Made by a program: the position numbers and the translations under genes. Positions 52,746 to 62,314 of a stretch of 64,000 nucleotides of DNA are shown here, piece by piece. The stretch spans positions 1,984,001 to 2,048,000 of the forward strand of contig CP084167.1 in the NCBI GenBank assembly GCA_021513715.1, written 5' to 3'. The stretch is from Candidatus Heimdallarchaeum endolithica. GTDB lineage: Archaea > Asgardarchaeota > Heimdallarchaeia > Heimdallarchaeales > Heimdallarchaeaceae. The notes under the pieces are model-generated. The model ran no database searches, was not told where the DNA came from, and saw only the letters and a program-made list of their open reading frames with translations. Within the stretch, counting starts at the first letter, position 1. Each line of letters begins with the position of its first letter.

Positions 52746-54090
52746 GTTTGTTAATTTGTGCAGGATCTACTAAAATAGGTTTAGTTATACCTTTCAACAT
52801 TTGATACGTATGACTATAAATTTCCTTTTTTCTCAAAGCTTCTGTACCCATCAAAAAGTAACTTATGTTCCAATTTCTATTAGGATCTGATTTTAAGTGT
52901 TTAAATATTGCATTTAGTTGTAATAAGCATTCTATTGTCTCTGGACTGGTTTTAGTATCGATTGAATTGAAATAATTCTTTAATGAAGAACTAATTTTGT
53001 AATTAAATGGATAAACAGGTATGTTTGGCATACCATCTGTTACAATTGTAAGCTGAACATCGATATTTTTATGTTTATACTGTGCTTTAGCATGCTCAAT
53101 AGCTTTCAAAACACTGCTTACAGTATGTGTCTTTCCTTTTGCTTTAGCATTCAATAAAAGATCTTCCATTTTTGTATCATCATCTACTACAAATGGGTTT
53201 CTAACAATAGGAACTACTGCAAGTTGAAACATATCGTATCTTTTTCTTTTTCTCCTGTTGGCAGTCTTAAAGTAGTAATATAAACTTAGAGCAGTTAACA
53301 GAGCTCCATCTAACCTTGTCATTCCCCCCTCAAACACTTCTTTTTGCATTGATTGGCTCAAATCCACTAAGAAATATACTAAACTTCTTCTATCCTTTTT
53401 CACACGAATAATATCTTCTTGTTTTACGCGCGTTGGAGGAATTGATTGGGAACTAAGCACTGCACTTTTATAGGTTTCTCGAAGTCTAATTGTTCCTCTT
53501 GGGCGTTTTTGAACTTCATCAATAGGAAGAACATTGATTTGCTTTAATAGGTAATGCCCAAGGATGTTACCTAAAACATCCATCACTTCTTCTCGTTTTA
53601 TCCTCTTCTTTCTTCCATATGCATCTGTAATTTCCAAATCAACAATATCTTTAAGAGAGTTCAACTTATCTGCAAGAAGATTAAGATCAACTGTTCCCTC
53701 ATACTTCAGTTCTCGAAGTAAATTCTGGATGTATCGGATAATATCGTCCACTGTTTGAAGTTCATTCTTGTTTACGCGTTCTAGGACATCAGGGAGGACT
53801 CTATCTCCAATAAACTGTAATATTTTTAGTTCATTAATTAGTCTCTCTTCTTCTGCTTCAGTAAGATATGTTGTCATTATTTTTTGGAGTATGTTTTGGA
53901 TTGCAACAGCGTTTTTTGCACCTAAAGATAGTACAGCTCCTTCTCTAGAGCTCCTACCTAGGTGAGGATTACGCCAAAGTTTTAATAATTCAGCAGCACC
54001 TTCAAAGTCTAATATAAACTCAGCATCGCCGTAATTTTGTAGGGGGTCTCTAAACTCTGATTCCGTAAGTAAAAAAATTCGATGGGGCAT
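52705..54090 (-). CDS. von Willebrand factor A domain protein
   Basis: MIDAS motif FLVDLSQSM, GKT, IVTDGMPN; upstream IRLRET motif as seen in AAA-partner vWA proteins. Confidence 0.88.
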   Translation of the reverse strand: MPHRIFLLTESEFRDPLQNYGDAEFILDFEGAAELLKLWRNPHLGRSSREGAVLSLGAKNAVAIQNILQKIMTTYLTEAEEERLINELKILQFIGDRVLPDVLERVNKNELQTVDDIIRYIQNLLRELKYEGTVDLNLLADKLNSLKDIVDLEITDAYGRKKRIKREEVMDVLGNILGHYLLKQINVLPIDEVQKRPRGTIRLRETYKSAVLSSQSIPPTRVKQEDIIRVKKDRRSLVYFLVDLSQSMQKEVFEGGMTRLDGALLTALSLYYYFKTANRRKRKRYDMFQLAVVPIVRNPFVVDDDTKMEDLLLNAKAKGKTHTVSSVLKAIEHAKAQYKHKNIDVQLTIVTDGMPNIPVYPFNYKISSSLKNYFNSIDTKTSPETIECLLQLNAIFKHLKSDPNRNWNISYFLMGTEALRKKEIYSHTYQMLKGITKPILVDPAQINKLGEQVLRESIYHA

Positions 54091-54115
54091 TAGTTTTTGC
54101 CACCTTCACCAAATT

Positions 54116-55669
54116 TTAGATATAGTCTACCTTCAATAGAGCTTCATAACTCGGTTTGAGTTGTTCAACGATTTTAGGTAAAACATCTGATTCATAGTAT
54201 CGTTCTAGTTTTTCGTAATTGATAATCAATTCTGATAATTCTTCGTCACTTAATGCCTTCATCTTTGATATATCTTCACTTATATCTTCTGCTTTAACAG
54301 CCATTCCTGCGCTTTTAAGGTTGGACCTGAGTTTTATTTTTATTTCTTGTAGTGCATCATTTACCATTGCTAAAGGAATATCATAATCGTCTAATACTTT
54401 TCTTACATGTTCTATTGTAACAACATTATATTCTTCATCTTGGAGCTCTCGTTCTCTATTGAGCAACACGCTACCTACAATGTTTGATGTTGTACGTAAA
54501 TCTATATGTGGATTTCTTTGAGGATCATGAATTTCATCTAATCCTGCATAAAAGTCTAATCTTTGAACCCTGCTTTCAGAACGAATTCGTCCTTTTTTAA
54601 GAGCTTCTGGTAAAGAGTTGTTTCCAATGAATGCTAGGAAATCTATGGCTAATTTACTCACATAATCCTTCGAGCTTTTTTCTCGATCATATAATTGAAC
54701 AATACTTGGGTTTGCAGTTATTTTTTGTCTAGAGAGCGTAACTTGTTCTCTGAACATATCCCGAACAATTTGACTCCTACTTTCCACAGATCTTGCTGGC
54801 CAAAGAACTTCTGGAATACGATTGATAATAGGTTGTGATTCTTCTCCAAATACTGTTAAGGGAGCATTAGAAGTGAATATCATTGCTCCATCAATATAAA
54901 CAGGTTCACCTTGAAGATTATACTTTATTGAAGTTGTGTCTTCAAGAAATCCCATCAGTGCTTCAAGCAATGATAGGGGAAGACGCTGAATTTCGTTAAC
55001 TACAATAAAACCTTTACTAAGCACACCTACTTTATGTGATGTTGGAGTATAAGTTGTTGAAGTTTCCTTTCCAAACAGTTCTTCTAGATTCTCTACACCA
55101 GCTAATAGCATATAGAGGCTTTCAGGGTCTGTTCTTGGGTCAAGTTGTGCTTTCCGTACAACAGTTTTTTCCACACCGATTTTCAATAATTTTTCTTTGA
55201 ATTCAGCAGGTTTAATTTTAAGTATACTAGATGTATTATCTAATTTTACATCTCCTTTTCCATCACTCAAAGCATTTTCTATTTTAGTTCGACAGAAAGG
55301 ACAAAGAGATTGTAAGACCCTTATCCCATTAAAAGGATCAACTTCAAATTGCTCTACAACATCAATAATGTATCCTGCATCCTCAAGGAAAGGACAGGAA
55401 TCAATATGATACTTATGATCATTAATTTCTCGAACAATGTGATCTAGGAGAATACGACTGAATAGCGTTTTAGCTTCTCCTGTAGGACCTGTAATAAGCA
55501 CTTTTCCTCCGACAGCAAGCTTATCCATGACTAAATTCTTTGCGTCTTCATTTCCTCTAACACTTGGATCATTGATTACACGTTTTCTAAATTCGTTATT
55601 CATTAATATATGCCTAACTGAATACCCTTTATAGCCAGTTTTTATTAATTCCTCAACTGTATTGACCAT
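54116..55669 (-). CDS. AAA+ ATPase (MoxR/Mg-chelatase-like, Rv0958-type)
   Basis: N-terminal TVEELIKTGY..SVR, Walker A GPTGEAKT, Walker B IVVNE, sensor FTSN, arginine finger IINRI. Confidence 0.8.
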   Translation of the reverse strand: MVNTVEELIKTGYKGYSVRHILMNNEFRKRVINDPSVRGNEDAKNLVMDKLAVGGKVLITGPTGEAKTLFSRILLDHIVREINDHKYHIDSCPFLEDAGYIIDVVEQFEVDPFNGIRVLQSLCPFCRTKIENALSDGKGDVKLDNTSSILKIKPAEFKEKLLKIGVEKTVVRKAQLDPRTDPESLYMLLAGVENLEELFGKETSTTYTPTSHKVGVLSKGFIVVNEIQRLPLSLLEALMGFLEDTTSIKYNLQGEPVYIDGAMIFTSNAPLTVFGEESQPIINRIPEVLWPARSVESRSQIVRDMFREQVTLSRQKITANPSIVQLYDREKSSKDYVSKLAIDFLAFIGNNSLPEALKKGRIRSESRVQRLDFYAGLDEIHDPQRNPHIDLRTTSNIVGSVLLNRERELQDEEYNVVTIEHVRKVLDDYDIPLAMVNDALQEIKIKLRSNLKSAGMAVKAEDISEDISKMKALSDEELSELIINYEKLERYYESDVLPKIVEQLKPSYEALLKVDYI

Positions 55670-55705
55670 TTAAATGCACCATTTATCATTCTTTCAAGTA
55701 AAGAT

Positions 55706-56305
55706 TTAAGATTCATTATCATTTTTCTTATCTACAATAACAATCTTTTTTTGAGAAAGTTTAGTTTTAAGACTTTCTTTTCTTTCCCAATCTAATGTCC
55801 AACCCATCCATATCGCTTCCTTAAGCCAGTTTAATGCGCTTAATAAGTCGTTAACGTCTCCAACCTCAAATAGCTTCCAAACCCTATCTGTTAATCTAAC
55901 AAGCGACAGATTCTCTATCAGTTCTCCACTTGTTAAAGAGCCTTGTAAATTACTATTATAAGCACAAATTGCTATTGGTTTTTCTCTTAGATCCTCGTTC
56001 CAAATGATTCTTTCCCAAAAGAAAGCTCGCTCATGCTTAATCATATCTTCTTTTGTAGCATCGATAAGATATAAAATCCCCTCAAATGTTTCGAAAAGTT
56101 TAGGCTTAAACTTAAACTTGTCTTCAACTGGAAGCTTAGAAAGATAGTCATCTAAAAGAAAATCATCAATTGAGATTTCTGCATTTAACAGTTTTACTCT
56201 ATTTCTAGCTGCTGGAGTATCATTTCCCATAATCAATATTGAAACTTCTGGCTTTCCCAATCGTCTTCGAATTGAGAGCAATAGTTGATTTATTTTGTTG
56301 GACAT
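55706..56305 (-). CDS. Arf-like small GTPase homolog with degenerate G motifs (pseudo-GTPase)
   Basis: EVSILIMG, GILYLIDAT and DLREKPIAICAYNSNL...LSLVRLTDRVW follow Arf spacing, but GKT, DxxG and NKxD are absent. Confidence 0.7.
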   Translation of the reverse strand: MSNKINQLLLSIRRRLGKPEVSILIMGNDTPAARNRVKLLNAEISIDDFLLDDYLSKLPVEDKFKFKPKLFETFEGILYLIDATKEDMIKHERAFFWERIIWNEDLREKPIAICAYNSNLQGSLTSGELIENLSLVRLTDRVWKLFEVGDVNDLLSALNWLKEAIWMGWTLDWERKESLKTKLSQKKIVIVDKKNDNES

Positions 56306-56393
56306 TGTCTCTTGATTTCGAGAAATAATAAATGTTTATAAGGATTTCATTTCGAAGGAAAAATAATTAATGATATAAACATACTAGAAAAAT

Positions 56394-56915
56394 ATGAACG
56401 AAACTAAACGTAGAATTTTAAACGTTGTAGTAGCAGGAATACGTGACACAGCAGAAAATAAATGGTTATTAATTCGTCGAGAGAGAGGAGATTATATTGG
56501 AAAATGGGCCTTGGTAGGAGGAAAGTTAGAATTTGGAGAAACAATTAAAGAAGCATGTTTAAGGGAAGTTTTAGAAGAGACTAATCTAAAAGTAAAATGG
56601 AAAAAACAGACAGCTGTAATAAACGAACGTTTAATTGAACATAACACAAAAAAACAACTAAAACAATTTCTTATTTTCTTGGCTGAGACAACAGTAAAAT
56701 CTGGAAATGTAAAAGAAACAGACGAGGGGACTCTTTCATGGTTTTCAGAAGAAGAAATTAGAAATATGAAAAGAGATATCATACCAAGTGACTTTTTTAT
56801 GTTAACAAATATTTTGATTCCTAACAATCAGTTTCCCGAAACAATAGAGATTGATATGATACAAAATGGCAATGAGTTATATATCGCTAAAATAGTAAAT
56901 CAAAATGAGACTTAA
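56394..56915 (+). CDS. NUDIX hydrolase
   Basis: GGKLEFGETIKEACLREVLEETNL Nudix box. Confidence 0.92.
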   Translation: MNETKRRILNVVVAGIRDTAENKWLLIRRERGDYIGKWALVGGKLEFGETIKEACLREVLEETNLKVKWKKQTAVINERLIEHNTKKQLKQFLIFLAETTVKSGNVKETDEGTLSWFSEEEIRNMKRDIIPSDFFMLTNILIPNNQFPETIEIDMIQNGNELYIAKIVNQNET

Positions 56916-57938
56916 GTGAAAAAAATGGATGTATTAAAAGAAGTTATTAAAGCAGAATGGAGAATTAAACAACATATAAGAAAAACACCCCTTGAATTTT
57001 CTCCTTATCTTAGCAGAATAACTGATTCAAGGGTTTTCTTAAAATTAGAAAATATTCAAGTTACAAACTCATTCAAAGTAAGGGGAGCTTTTAACAAACT
57101 AATTTACTTAAAAAATCAAGGTATTCATTCTAACATTATTACTGCGTCCACGGGAAATCATGGTCTTGCTGTAGCTTACGCACTAGATAAACTTGGTTTA
57201 GGTGGTACAATTTATCTTCCATTAACTGTAAAAACAAACAAAGTAGAATCTCTTAAAGAATATAATGTAAATATAGAATTTTATGGACATGATTGTCTTC
57301 AAACAGAACTTTATGCCAAAAAAAAAGCAAAAGAAAAAAAGGCACATTATGTTAGTCCATACAACGATATTCATATTATTGCTGGTCAAGGAACTATTGC
57401 CCGTGAAATTGAAACACAAGAAACTAATATAGATTGTGTTTTTGTTCCTGTAGGAGGTGGGGGGTTAATTTCAGGTATTGCAGGATATTTAAAAGAAAAT
57501 AAAAAAACAAAGAATACATCTATCTTCGGTTGTCAACCTAAAAATTCTCCTGTGATGAGCAAGTCAGTTGAAGCTGGTAAGATAATAGATTATGATGTCA
57601 GCCCCACCATCTCTGATGCGAGTGCCGGGGGAATAGAAAAAGGATCAATCACTTTCGATTTTTGTTCCAAGTACGTCGACGATTTTATTATAGTATCAGA
57701 AGAAGAGATAAAAGAAGCAATAGAAATAATATATAATAAACATTTCATGATAGCAGAAGGAGCAGGGGTCTTATCACTTGCGTCTTTTTTGAAAGAACAA
57801 GAAAAATTTGCCAATAAAACAGTGGTTTTGGTTATTTCTGGAGGAAAGTTACCAAAAGAGGTACTAGCAGAAATTATCTGTAAAAAAGAAAAAGAAAAAA
57901 TATTCGTTAACCCATTAGATTCTTTAAGACAGCCATAG
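56916..57938 (+). CDS. Threonine/serine dehydratase-family PLP enzyme
   Basis: SFKVRGA, STGNHG, GQGT, VGGGGL motifs. Confidence 0.88.
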   Translation: MKKMDVLKEVIKAEWRIKQHIRKTPLEFSPYLSRITDSRVFLKLENIQVTNSFKVRGAFNKLIYLKNQGIHSNIITASTGNHGLAVAYALDKLGLGGTIYLPLTVKTNKVESLKEYNVNIEFYGHDCLQTELYAKKKAKEKKAHYVSPYNDIHIIAGQGTIAREIETQETNIDCVFVPVGGGGLISGIAGYLKENKKTKNTSIFGCQPKNSPVMSKSVEAGKIIDYDVSPTISDASAGGIEKGSITFDFCSKYVDDFIIVSEEEIKEAIEIIYNKHFMIAEGAGVLSLASFLKEQEKFANKTVVLVISGGKLPKEVLAEIICKKEKEKIFVNPLDSLRQP

Positions 57939-58833
57939 TTGTGTGTAGCCTATTTTCTGCTTCATCAAAAACTACAGAATTTTCTGACTCGAATACACTT
58001 TCTTCTGCTTCTTTGTGTTTATATGGAAGGCAGTGCATAAATATGTAATCAGGCTTTGCATTTGCGACTAATTCTTCTGTAACAACGTAATGCTTGAATG
58101 CTTCGAGTTTTTTCTTAGCTTCAGCTTCTTCACCCATAGAAACAAAAGTATCTGTTACTACAACATCGGCATCCTTTACAGCTTCAACAGGGTCATGTGT
58201 CATAACTAATTTTGCGCCACTTTCTTCTGCAAATTCCTCGCACATTTGAACTACATCCTCAGGGATTTCATAACCTTTTGGAGTAGCAACATACATATCG
58301 ATACCCATTTTAGAACAACCAATTAGTAAAGAGTTAGCAACATTATTACCATCTCCAACCCAGGCTAATTTTAATCCTTTTAGCTTTCCTTTGTGTTCTT
58401 CAATAGTTAATAGGTCAGCTAATATCTGTAAAGGATGGAATTTATCTGAGAGAGCATTTATCACTGGAATACTTGCATATTCTGCTAGTTTTTCTACATC
58501 AGAATGAGCATACACGCGAGCTAAAATACCATCATTAAAACGGGATAAAACACGAGCAGTATCTTGTATGGTTTCACCAGCTCCTAACTGAATATCATCA
58601 GCACTTAGGAATATGGCATGACCACCTAAAAAGTACATAGCTGTTTCTGTTGAAACACGAGTACGAGTGGAACGTTTCTGGAAAATCATTGCAAGTGTTA
58701 AACCTTTCAAAGGTTTAGTTCGCTCATAAGCCTTAAATTGCTTTTTCAATTTCTTTGATTCATCTAAAAGAAATCGGATCTCTTCAGGAGTGAAATCAGC
58801 TAAAGTTAACAAATTACGTTCTTTGAGGTCCAT
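57907..58833 (-). CDS. argF: Ornithine carbamoyltransferase
   Basis: STRTR, HPLQ, SMG, HCLP, AENR motifs. Start probably ATG 58833. Confidence 0.94.
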   Translation of the reverse strand: MDLKERNLLTLADFTPEEIRFLLDESKKLKKQFKAYERTKPLKGLTLAMIFQKRSTRTRVSTETAMYFLGGHAIFLSADDIQLGAGETIQDTARVLSRFNDGILARVYAHSDVEKLAEYASIPVINALSDKFHPLQILADLLTIEEHKGKLKGLKLAWVGDGNNVANSLLIGCSKMGIDMYVATPKGYEIPEDVVQMCEEFAEESGAKLVMTHDPVEAVKDADVVVTDTFVSMGEEAEAKKKLEAFKHYVVTEELVANAKPDYIFMHCLPYKHKEAEESVFESENSVVFDEAENRLHTTMAVLKNLMG

Positions 58834-58947
58834 AAGACTCACCAATTCTCTTGAAATCATATAACCTTAAAAAATGTTCGATTTCACTGTTTGAATACTA
58901 TAGCTAATAAAAAATTTAAGAAAAAAAGAGAAAACAAGTTTAACCAT

Positions 58948-60171
58948 TTAGATGACTTTAATCTTTTTCCCGACTTTAGTTATAATCTCTAAAGCTTCAT
59001 CTATAAGATCAGCGTTCATTGAAGCCATATAAGAAGTACGTAACAATTCACGACCTTTAGGGGTAGCTGGAAAACGCACAGGATTAGTGAAAACACCCTT
59101 AGGTTCATGTTTATAAAGTTCATGAAAGAACTTTAACATCTTTTTCTCTGATCCTATAATTAGAGGAATAATTGCTGTATGGCTATCTGTTACCTCAAAA
59201 CCAGCATCACTTAAACCAGTCTTCATTTTTAGAGCCATATCCAAGAGGTTTCTCTGATAGGAATCATCTTTTTCAATAATGTCAAGAATAGCAAGAACAG
59301 TTGCACAAGTAGAAGGTGGAGGGCTCGCGGTGAAAATAAATGGACGAGACTTATGACGAATCCAGTTACAGACCTCCTTACTGGCTGCGATATATCCTCC
59401 AACAGAAGCAAAACTCTTAGAAAATGTTCCCATAATTAAATCAATCTTATCTGTGACACCGAAATAGTCTGATGTTCCTCTACCATGAGAACCTAAAACA
59501 CCAACTCCATGAGCATCATCGATATAGACAAAAGCATCATAGTCTTCAGCTAAATCCACGAGATGACCTAAAGGAGCAATATCTCCCTCCATTGAAAAAA
59601 CACCATCGGTAATAATCATACCTTTACCTTTAGGTACGGAACGTAAACCTTTTTCCAAATCATCCATATCATTATGTTTGAAAATATACTTGTTTTCTTG
59701 ATTAAAACGCCCCAACCTAATACCATCAATTATTGAAGCATGATTATATTGATCTGATATAACCCATTCATCCTCCTCTGACAATAAAGCAGAAATAGAG
59801 CCAAAGTTTGCAAGTAAGCCAGTTGAGAAAACAACACAATCTTCCATACCCAGAAAATTAGCTAAACGTTGCTCTAACTCCACATGAAGTTCCATTGTCC
59901 CATTTAGCAGTCGAGAACCAGTAGTACCCACACCAAATTCGTTAATTGTTTCAATAGCTTTTTCCTTTACTCTTGGGTGACTAGTCATTCCGAGGTAGTT
60001 ATTACTACCTAGCATAATAGTAGGTTTTCCATCCATTTCAACAACAGGATTTTGTTCAGAATTAATATGCATAAAATAAGGATAAACACCAACTTTCTTA
60101 GCCATAGTAGGAGCGCCAAATTTATAATAGCGATTACATTTTTTCCTGAATTTAGACATCGAATAAATCAC
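58948..60171 (-). CDS. Alpha-oxoamine synthase family PLP enzyme, serine palmitoyltransferase-like
   Basis: GVYPYF, GSNNYLG, GSRLLNGT, NHASIIDG, DDAH, MGTFSKS motifs. Confidence 0.8.
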   Translation of the reverse strand: MIYSMSKFRKKCNRYYKFGAPTMAKKVGVYPYFMHINSEQNPVVEMDGKPTIMLGSNNYLGMTSHPRVKEKAIETINEFGVGTTGSRLLNGTMELHVELEQRLANFLGMEDCVVFSTGLLANFGSISALLSEEDEWVISDQYNHASIIDGIRLGRFNQENKYIFKHNDMDDLEKGLRSVPKGKGMIITDGVFSMEGDIAPLGHLVDLAEDYDAFVYIDDAHGVGVLGSHGRGTSDYFGVTDKIDLIMGTFSKSFASVGGYIAASKEVCNWIRHKSRPFIFTASPPPSTCATVLAILDIIEKDDSYQRNLLDMALKMKTGLSDAGFEVTDSHTAIIPLIIGSEKKMLKFFHELYKHEPKGVFTNPVRFPATPKGRELLRTSYMASMNADLIDEALEIITKVGKKIKVI

Positions 60172-60350
60172 TCTTAGATACGCTAGTCTTAATCTTTTTA
60201 GGTTGTTTATATTTTTAATTATTAATTGCTACAAGCAAAGTAAGTAAAAAAACCTATATTAAAAAAAATTAACAGTTCAAGACAAAAAATAAAGTTTGAT
60301 GTTTATAAAAATTACAAAAAAAACGAGGAATAAGAAAAATGGATAATATT

Positions 60351-60665
60351 CTAGGAACTATCTGCTGTTACAATTTCCATTAAAGAAAGAATTTCCTCCA
60401 ATTTAGATTCTAAATCAATTCCAACAAGCCCAGCTAAAGCTAAAGTGCTTAATAAACTCTCAACTAATTCATCCTCAATATACGGATCAGATTCTAATCC
60501 CTCAATGTCACTCTGAATTTGATTTGCAAAAGCATCAAGCATCCTCTCCCCTATTATCCTACTAGGAAGTTTGGGAATACGAACTGTGTCTGTTTGCTTT
60601 ATACTATTTCTACTATGAATAAGTTCAAGTAATTTCTCTTGGGCTTGTGCTATTGTTGTCATCAT
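60351..60665 (-). CDS. Small all-alpha protein, possibly degenerate MazG-like
   Basis: IEDELVESLLSTLALAGLVGIDLE resembles the MazG C-terminal helix pair. Confidence 0.45.
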   Translation of the reverse strand: MMTTIAQAQEKLLELIHSRNSIKQTDTVRIPKLPSRIIGERMLDAFANQIQSDIEGLESDPYIEDELVESLLSTLALAGLVGIDLESKLEEILSLMEIVTADSS

Positions 60666-61080
60666 ACCACCAGTTTTTGCTTTCACTATATTAACTGAGA
60701 TGTTATTATTTAAAAAGTAACCTAATATAATATTAAACTTTCTCATTGTTTCAGTGGAAATCTATAACAAAAGGTTCTTTCTTTAGTGTTTATTAGAAAG
60801 AGACATTAGAGGCGCCAAAAATGATAAAAATGGAATACTCCATTGGAAATGAAGGGGAGGGGGCTTTAACATGAGACCAAGTATAAAAAAACGAACAAGA
60901 AGTTTTATGTCGGAAAGTCTAAAAAGCTGAATTAAAAAGAAAATGTAATACCCGGATAATTATTAGAAAAATATAGGTGAAAAAGGAAGAAAAGAGAAAA
61001 GAAAATTTGTAACTAATAAAAAAATTTTTTAGCACAAAGAAAAAGAAAAACAAAAAAACAAAACATGCAGAAAAAAGGAT

Positions 61081-61157
61081 GCCTCGGTGGCTTAGCTCGG
61101 TAGAGCGTTTGACTTGTAATCAAATGGTCGGGGGTTCAAGTCCCCCTCGAGGCTCCA
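61081..61157 (+). tRNA. tRNA-Thr(TGT)
   Basis: Acceptor GCCTCGG/TCGAGGC, anticodon stem TTTGA/TCAAA, loop CT-TGT-AA, CCA encoded. Confidence 0.96.
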
Positions 61158-61243
61158 ATTAAGTTTTTATACTTTTAAATAAACAAAAACAAATTACAAA
61201 TATAATTAAAAAAAGAAAATAAATCAAAAATAGAAAAAGTATT

Positions 61244-62182
61244 TCACACTGTAATAACCTTAACTTTATCTTGGTCTTTGATGTTTAACACATTTAGTAT
61301 TCCTTTTATGAGTTCATCTTTTGTTCTAGCTTTTTTCTTTTCAAGATATTCATATACTTGTTCAATGTATCTTTGTGCCTCTACATGAGACTCTTCTGGA
61401 TTTATGATCATGGTTATTATCACGTCACTTCTTTCGTGGCATACAAGTTTTATATTTTCGTTTGAGGTAGTCGATAATTTTTCTTCTTTAAGTGTAGCTG
61501 ATTCATATTTAAATATTTGAGCTAATAATTCTCTGATTTGTGATATTTGCTGCGATAATCCTTCAAAATCTAAGAATAATTGTACCCTTCCGAGTGTTGT
61601 ACTGATTATCAAGCCTTTTGGGTGGACTATCTTTTCTTGTCCTATTTGTTTTAGTTTATTTGTAAACCAATTTAAAGCATCATTTATTCCTTCTCCTGTT
61701 TTGTTACTGGTCTTAAATATCTGGAAACTGATCTTTGAGTAGTTACTCAGTCTTGGAAGTTCGAGCGTTTCAATGATTTCTTCTATTGACATACATTCTA
61801 AATCTGCTTTATTGGCAAAAAAGGCAACTACTATTCTGTCCTCAATTTCAATATTTTTAATAAGGTACCAGAACCACTCCTTACCTTCGGCAGTTTTTTC
61901 TTTATCAGAAGCGTCAAAGACAAAAATAATACCATAGCTATTTGATGCGTAATTCACCCAAAACTGTTTACGATAAACAAATTGTCCCCCAACATCAAAT
62001 ATCTTGAATAAGGTGTCGCCCACTTTAAAAGATTCAAAACTTACTCCTAGTGTGGGAGTAGTATCTTCCACAAAGGAGCCTGTTTTTAATCTTTCAACTA
62101 AAGTGGTTTTTCCAGCATTTTCTAACCCTAGTATAGTTACTGGTACTGATTCTTTTCCTACCTTTAGTACTTTATCATTCAC
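61244..62182 (-). CDS. Arf/Sar-family small GTPase fused to a C-terminal longin/roadblock-like domain
   Basis: GLENAGKTT, PTLG, DVGGQ, NKAD, TSNK; C-terminal alpha/beta domain (GLIISTTLGR...VIITMII). Confidence 0.85.
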   Translation of the reverse strand: MNDKVLKVGKESVPVTILGLENAGKTTLVERLKTGSFVEDTTPTLGVSFESFKVGDTLFKIFDVGGQFVYRKQFWVNYASNSYGIIFVFDASDKEKTAEGKEWFWYLIKNIEIEDRIVVAFFANKADLECMSIEEIIETLELPRLSNYSKISFQIFKTSNKTGEGINDALNWFTNKLKQIGQEKIVHPKGLIISTTLGRVQLFLDFEGLSQQISQIRELLAQIFKYESATLKEEKLSTTSNENIKLVCHERSDVIITMIINPEESHVEAQRYIEQVYEYLEKKKARTKDELIKGILNVLNIKDQDKVKVITV

Positions 62183-62314
62183 AATCTATCAATGATAAGT
62201 TAATGTTTATCATTTTTAATTTTAGCGGTAGTATAAACAATATTAAATTATTTTAAAAAAAAATAGAACATAACTTAAAAATATAAAAAAGAGAAAATAT
62301 TTATTTTTATTATT

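Noticed and set aside
60750-61080. Possible small ORF or RNA upstream of tRNA-Thr
   Set aside because: Only a ~19-codon ORF and no convincing structure.
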